From: a virus
IMG/VR virus record: IMGVR_UViG_3300045988_043313
Location: 1 to 45,977 of that record
Direction: 5' to 3' (one strand)
Length of the DNA stretch: 45,977 nucleotides
Below the pieces are notes generated by a model. The model ran no database searches and was not told the DNA's origin. It saw only the letters and a program-made list of their open reading frames with translations. Shown in pieces: positions 41,363-45,977 of this stretch. A program made the position numbers and the translations under genes. Numbering within the stretch: position 1 is the first letter of the stretch; each line of letters opens with the position of its first letter.

Positions 41363-43654
41363 ATGGCTGATACATTCAAGGGAATAATCACAGCAGATGG
41401 AAAGAAGAGACAGTTGCCTTATAGAAATGTTATCGAAACGCCCGTGTCTGATGAAACATTGTCCATACAGGGAGCATTTGCCGACTCCAAAGCCGTAGGC
41501 GACAAATTCAAAGAAGTAAAGACAGAAACTGATTCACTAAAGGAAGATTTAGTTAAATATAATTGTTCTGAATTGTTATATTCAGACGCAGTATATAAAA
41601 GTGGAACGTCTCAAGGAATAACTTACACATGGAATGCTGATAAAACAATATGTGAAGTAAAAGGAACAGCAACAGGATATGCAGCATCTAATAATATTTT
41701 TTACAATGTTAGTGATTTGCCTAAAAATCTAAATGCTGGTGAAAAATATTATACCAAGTTTAAATCAAATGATTTAAAAATTGCATTACAAGTTGGATTT
41801 TTCAAAGATGGAGCAACAAGTAATGCTGAAACAGCTTTATACATTAACAACTTCATACTTGATATTCCCAGTAATTGTACAGGTATGTATATCAGATTAT
41901 ATATTCAGAATGGATATACAGTGGATGGAACTTGTACCAATATTGGTGTTTTTAATACTGTATCTAACAAAGAACTAAAAGAAAAAATGGATATATTAGA
42001 AGAAGATGCAGTATCCCTTGCAAATTCAGTTGAAAATCCAGAGTTATTTCTAATTGATGCAACTTTCACAGATGGAATTTCTAATGGTATAACATACAAA
42101 TGGAATGAGTCAAAAAGAGAATGTGCTGTTAGTGGTATAGCAAATAACTTGTCACTTAGAAACATTTATTATAGTGAAACTTCGCTTCCAAGAAATATTA
42201 AAGCTGGTTACAAATATTCTTTGAAATATAAAACAACAAATAAAAATATAAGACTGGTTATAGGTTGTTTTTTAAATGGTGCAACAAGTGGTGCTGATCG
42301 TACAATCATTACAGATGATACAATTATTAGTATTCCTGGTAATTGCACAGGTATGTATATCAGATATGAAGTTTCTAACGGTCTTGAAGCAAACGGTAGT
42401 ATCACAAACGTTAGAATTTTTAAAAACAACAACTCGCATTCTCTAAGTGGACCCACTACTATTGTGAAAACAACAAGCACTGATACCAATATAGCAGGTA
42501 GATCGTTTTCATTAATTCCTAAAAAATACAATAGAAAACCAATTCTCACAATTATTGACGATGATGGAAGAAATTCATTTTATACAGTTTATAAGTCTTT
42601 AATTCAAAAGGGGTATCCTATCGTATGTTGTATAGACCCTGTAAACTGGACAGGGAAGACTGACCGATTTATGTCATGGGAACAAGTTCATGAACTTGAA
42701 GAAATTGGGTGTGAATTTATAGTTCATGGCGCTTATCCATTTATGATTGGTGATAATCAACATTATAAAACAGCAGACGAATTAAGATTGTATTTTGAAG
42801 AAGCACAAGCTGAATTTAAAAAGCAGAAACTTTCTGACTGGGATTTAGCTGTTTATCCACAGAGTGACCATACTCATGAAACAAGACTTATTCTTTCTGA
42901 ATACTTTAGAGGTGCTTTTGCTAGTAAAGAACATGACGATATTTATTACAGCACACCACCTATTTCACAGTACAGAATTGCGAGATGGTTCTTTAACTAT
43001 GATGATTTATCAAGTGGGTTTGAAACAGCTAAGTTACAGATAGATGGTGCTATCGCAAATAATGGTTGGTTTGTTATTTGCACTCATTCAGAAATGTTTG
43101 ATACAGATGGAAAAGCAATTCAAACACTTGAGTCTATCATAAACTATGCAGAACAAAATGGTATGAGCATTGTTAATGCTAGAGATGGTATAGATATGTT
43201 CTCAAATCTTTTACAAATTGGTGATTTTAGTAACACAGGAAGTAATTATGGCTATCCTTGCAGAGTTATTGGATGCGATGGTACTGAATTTATTAGTCCA
43301 CAGTTTGAAAACAATCATATTAGTATTTCAGATGGGGAAAACACCATACAAAAGATAGCTAATATCTCTAATATTGGAAACGGATTTTGTATTGTAACGA
43401 TAGATGCAGGTATTAGCGAATTGAAAGCTGTATCAACTTTACTAAAAATTACAGGATTGAATAGTAAACCTATTATTCAGAGTTTTCCAGCAGTTATAAG
43501 AATTAATGCAAACAAGTACAAAAATGTTGTTGCTGTTAGAAGTGGAAATGATATTTTATTCAAAGAATCAAATGGGGATAATATGTTGATTTCATCTTCT
43601 GATATGACTACATATACAAGCATTGAATTAAGCTACATAGCACAAATGCTTTAG
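41363..43654 (+). CDS. Fibre-like protein: N-terminal anchor/coiled coil, two tandem beta-sandwich repeats, polysaccharide-deacetylase-like domain
   Basis: Repeats at roughly residues 66-198 and 226-354 share GITY.WN...C.V.G...NCTGMYIR...G...TN. ILTIIDDDGRNSF is a NodB-like DD motif, with ICTHSEMF later in the sequence. Markedly AT-rich. Confidence 0.6.
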   Translation: MADTFKGIITADGKKRQLPYRNVIETPVSDETLSIQGAFADSKAVGDKFKEVKTETDSLKEDLVKYNCSELLYSDAVYKSGTSQGITYTWNADKTICEVKGTATGYAASNNIFYNVSDLPKNLNAGEKYYTKFKSNDLKIALQVGFFKDGATSNAETALYINNFILDIPSNCTGMYIRLYIQNGYTVDGTCTNIGVFNTVSNKELKEKMDILEEDAVSLANSVENPELFLIDATFTDGISNGITYKWNESKRECAVSGIANNLSLRNIYYSETSLPRNIKAGYKYSLKYKTTNKNIRLVIGCFLNGATSGADRTIITDDTIISIPGNCTGMYIRYEVSNGLEANGSITNVRIFKNNNSHSLSGPTTIVKTTSTDTNIAGRSFSLIPKKYNRKPILTIIDDDGRNSFYTVYKSLIQKGYPIVCCIDPVNWTGKTDRFMSWEQVHELEEIGCEFIVHGAYPFMIGDNQHYKTADELRLYFEEAQAEFKKQKLSDWDLAVYPQSDHTHETRLILSEYFRGAFASKEHDDIYYSTPPISQYRIARWFFNYDDLSSGFETAKLQIDGAIANNGWFVICTHSEMFDTDGKAIQTLESIINYAEQNGMSIVNARDGIDMFSNLLQIGDFSNTGSNYGYPCRVIGCDGTEFISPQFENNHISISDGENTIQKIANISNIGNGFCIVTIDAGISELKAVSTLLKITGLNSKPIIQSFPAVIRINANKYKNVVAVRSGNDILFKESNGDNMLISSSDMTTYTSIELSYIAQML

Positions 43655-43669
43655 TTAACCAGCAAAAAA

Positions 43670-43714
43670 CTAAAACATGTACCACGACTTTTGACGAAAG
43701 AGGTGATATAGTAT
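43670..43714 (+). promoter_or_regulatory. Conserved box + extended -10, copy 3 (overlaps the RBS/ATG of the MuF-like gene)
   Basis: CTAAAACATGTACCACGACTTTT, then 11 nt, then TGATATAGTAT. The final AT are the first two bases of ATG 43713. Confidence 0.5.
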
Positions 43715-44942
43715 GCTTAGTCCTGAATATTTACGGCAAATTACAGAGGGCAGTGAACAGATAGCAGAAGAACTGCATCAGTACATCATCTCTGAGATTG
43801 TGTCGAGAATGATAACAAGAATTGGAAGAGGCGAAGATTATATCCTGACCAATGCCGATGCGTGGAGAATCAGAACACTACAGGAATCTGGTGAACTGCT
43901 AGAGGATATTCTGGCGGAACTATCCAAATACACCAAACGCGAACAGCAGGAACTTCTTGAAGCGTTTGAAGATGCCGGAATCACTGCTCTCGATTATGAT
44001 GATAAGATATACAAGGCGGCAGGATTAAGCCCTGTACCGCTCGAACAGTCCCCAACTATGATAAGACTCATGGAGCGAAATATGCTTGCGACTATGGGAG
44101 AGTGGAAGAATTTCACAAGAACAACTGCGAGTGCCGCTCAGAGACTCTATATCGAACAATGTGACCTTGCATATAACCATGTGATGACTGGAGCAGTTGG
44201 CTATACGCAAGCCATCAAAGAGGCGGTTAATAACGTTGTGAGTGATGGTGTTACGGTCACATATCCATCTGGCAGAAAAGACACGATCGAAACAGCAGTC
44301 GCACGTTCTGTCAGAACTGGCGTGGCTCAGGCTACTGGAGATATATCCCTCAAACGCATGGAAGAGATGGGCTGGGATTTAGTTCTGGTCAGTGCTCACA
44401 TGGGAGCCAGAACAGGTGACGGTGGTGAGAACCCGGGAAATCACGCATGGTGGCAAGGAAAGATATACTCTCGTTCTGGCAAGAGCAAGAAATTTCCACC
44501 GTTCTCATTGACCGGATATGGAACGGCGAGTGGATTGTCAGGGGTCAACTGTCGGCATAGTTTTGGAGCCAGTGATGGAGAATTTAATCCCTATACAGAA
44601 CTATCAGCACAGGATAAAGCCGACAAAGGCAAACAGTACGAAAAAGAACAGCGGCAACGTGCTTATGAGCGAAGAATCCGCAAAACGAAGAGAGAAGTCC
44701 TTGGAATGCAAACGGCGGTTGACAACTGCAAGGACGAACAGACGAGATTTGCACTCCAGCAAGACCTTGACCGGAAGTCTTATCTTTTGCAGAAGCAAAA
44801 TGCTGCATACAAGGCTTACTGCAAGCAGAACGACCTGAGGGAGCTACAAGACCGACTCATGATTGCTAAGTGGAACCGCCAGAATGCCGCAAAAGCCAGA
44901 GGAGCGGCAAAGAGATATAAAACAGCAAAGGGGATTGACTGA
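43713..44942 (+). CDS. Minor head protein (Mu F / SPP1 gp7-like)
   Basis: 409 aa in the usual post-portal position, with a basic coiled-coil C-terminus. Confidence 0.8.
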   Translation: MLSPEYLRQITEGSEQIAEELHQYIISEIVSRMITRIGRGEDYILTNADAWRIRTLQESGELLEDILAELSKYTKREQQELLEAFEDAGITALDYDDKIYKAAGLSPVPLEQSPTMIRLMERNMLATMGEWKNFTRTTASAAQRLYIEQCDLAYNHVMTGAVGYTQAIKEAVNNVVSDGVTVTYPSGRKDTIETAVARSVRTGVAQATGDISLKRMEEMGWDLVLVSAHMGARTGDGGENPGNHAWWQGKIYSRSGKSKKFPPFSLTGYGTASGLSGVNCRHSFGASDGEFNPYTELSAQDKADKGKQYEKEQRQRAYERRIRKTKREVLGMQTAVDNCKDEQTRFALQQDLDRKSYLLQKQNAAYKAYCKQNDLRELQDRLMIAKWNRQNAAKARGAAKRYKTAKGID

Positions 44943-45328
44943 TGGATGATAGATGGGAATATTATAATCCGAATCCCGTTAAGGATAAGAGAACAGGAGA
45001 CTGCGTTGTCCGGGCAATATGCAAGGCAACCGGTTTTGACTGGGAAACGGTATTTGCCGGATTAATGATACAGGCGTGCGCTCTATCAGATATGCCAAGC
45101 GCAAATTATGTCTGGGGAGCGTACCTCTATAAACGTGGGTACAGACGCAAACTGATTGAGCAATCAGAACGGTATATCTATACAGTCAACGACTTTTGTG
45201 CAGACCATCCGACAGGTACGTATATCCTCTGCATAGATGGTCATGTGGTGACGGTACAGAACGGCAAATATTACGATACATGGGATAGTGGCAATGAGAT
45301 CCCGGTATACTACTGGGAAAAGGAGTAG
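44942..45328 (+). CDS. Putative papain-fold cysteine peptidase
   Basis: Candidate triad Cys21 (TGDCVVRAI), His101 (IDGHVVTV), Asp112/115 (YYDTWDS). ATGA-type coupling to the MuF-like gene. Confidence 0.4.
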   Translation: MDDRWEYYNPNPVKDKRTGDCVVRAICKATGFDWETVFAGLMIQACALSDMPSANYVWGAYLYKRGYRRKLIEQSERYIYTVNDFCADHPTGTYILCIDGHVVTVQNGKYYDTWDSGNEIPVYYWEKE

Positions 45329-45332
45329 CTAA

Positions 45333-45638
45333 ATGAGCATATCAGAATTTGTACAAGTATTCCTCTCAATTTGCGGAGGAGTGTCTATTGTCGGAGGAGC
45401 GGTGGCCGTAATTCTTAAGTGGATTACTCCGGCATTTCGACTCAACAAGCGAGTTGAGACACTGGAAGAACATGATAAGCGAGATTACGAGAGTCTTCAG
45501 AGGATTGCGGAACGTGATTCATTGATTCTGGAAGTATTGTCAACAATGTTGGACAGTCAGATTAGTGGAAATAACGTCGAGGAATTAAAAAAAACAAAAC
45601 AGAAGCTTACAAATTATCTTGCACAGAATCAACGTTAG
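45333..45638 (+). CDS. Single-pass membrane protein with coiled-coil C-terminus
   Basis: AAGGAG RBS. N-terminal TM segment VFLSICGGVSIVGGAVAVIL. Confidence 0.6.
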   Translation: MSISEFVQVFLSICGGVSIVGGAVAVILKWITPAFRLNKRVETLEEHDKRDYESLQRIAERDSLILEVLSTMLDSQISGNNVEELKKTKQKLTNYLAQNQR

Positions 45639-45658
45639 CATTAGTAAGGGGTATGCTC

Positions 45659-45859
45659 ATGAAATTATATGTGTTCACGAAAAAAGATATAGACAGGTTC
45701 TTGATAGAGTGCAATTTCACACCGGACGAAGAAAGACTGTTCCGGTTGAGATGCCAGGAACGCACTCTCGAATACTGTGCTGAGCAGATGAATGTGAGCA
45801 TATCAACAGCAAAGCGGTTAAGCCGGAGGGTAAATAATAAAATAATCAAAGTGTGCTGA
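45659..45859 (+). CDS. Small sigma-70 region-4-like HTH protein
   Basis: LTPDEERLFRLRCQERTLEYCAEQMNVSISTAKRLSRRV resembles a region-4/LuxR-type HTH. AAGGGG RBS 8 nt before ATG 45659. Confidence 0.5.
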   Translation: MKLYVFTKKDIDRFLIECNFTPDEERLFRLRCQERTLEYCAEQMNVSISTAKRLSRRVNNKIIKVC

Positions 45860-45880
45860 TACTTTTTGGATACTAATTAG

Positions 45881-45913
45881 AGCCAGAAACGACCTGTTTC
45901 CGGTTCTTTTTTT
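45881..45913 (+). terminator. Rho-independent terminator
   Basis: Stem AGCCAGAAAC/GTTTCCGGTT (one mismatch, one G.U pair), 5-nt loop, then a T-run. Confidence 0.7.
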
Positions 45914-45922
45914 ATGCAAAAA

Positions 45923-45977
45923 TATAGTTATAGAAAGTCATAGAGTAAGTTATAGAAAGTCATAGAGTAAGTTATAG
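45923..45977. repeat. Terminal duplication of nt 1-55 (circular-closure overlap)
   Basis: The last 55 nt are identical to the first 55 nt. Because the overlap lies in the 22-bp array, the true repeat copy number is uncertain. Confidence 0.9.

Noticed and set aside
1-45977. Alternative genetic code or stop-codon recoding, prompted by the phage-encoded tRNAs
   Set aside because: All large conserved genes (terL, portal, capsid, tape measure, integrase, methyltransferases) are uninterrupted under the standard bacterial code. Both tRNA-like genes carry CAU, not a suppressor anticodon.
1-45977. Diversity-generating retroelement, retron, CRISPR-Cas, transposase/IS elements or known toxin genes
   Set aside because: I recognised no reverse transcriptase, Cas, transposase or recognisable toxin motifs in any frame. 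The duplication inside the 763-aa gene is diverged at protein level and is not a TR/VR pair.

Overview
This window is a complete, apparently circular temperate siphovirus-type phage genome with a unique length of about 45,922 bp. Nt 45923-45977 repeat nt 1-55 exactly; this closure overlap falls inside a 22-bp tandem repeat. Several features point to a low-GC Gram-positive (Clostridia-like) host: AGGAGG-type RBSs, translationally coupled ATGA junctions, a GH25+SH3 endolysin, LytTR/SHOCT accessory genes and an attP that mimics a tRNA 3' end. Gene order: (1) a 5-gene late accessory operon of unknown function (90-2705); (2) a 709-bp non-coding island (2706-3414) with a conserved promoter box, a structured-RNA candidate and two CAU-anticodon tRNA-like genes; (3) scaffold, major capsid (Ig-like C-terminus) and head-tail joining genes, interrupted by a Dam-like N6-adenine methyltransferase carrying an in-frame 9-bp repeat tract and by a holin-like gene; (4) tail genes: major tail, two chaperone-like genes, a 903-aa tape measure and a 1248-aa tip/fibre with an S74 chaperone domain; (5) a three-domain endolysin; (6) attP and a tyrosine integrase; (7) an orphan LytTR response regulator co-transcribed with a SHOCT/glycine-zipper membrane protein; (8) a CI/Cro-type switch; (9) replication genes: ERF, SSB, ERCC4 nuclease, a zf-CHC2 protein, a DUF927-type helicase and an iteron origin; (10) a LexA-DNA-binding-domain-only protein; (11) a 572-aa, probably multispecific, C5 methyltransferase; (12) about 20 small early ORFs; (13) terS, terL and portal; (14) an AT-rich 763-aa fibre-like carbohydrate-esterase gene between portal and the MuF-like gene; (15) a putative cysteine peptidase, a membrane protein and a sigma-region-4-like protein. 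The signals most worth follow-up are the non-coding RNA/tRNA island, a 23-nt box plus extended -10 found three times at fixed spacing, the 22-bp repeat array that is the only regulatory space for the unknown operon, and the phage-borne LytTR regulator module. All functional calls come from motif recognition by eye; no database search was run.
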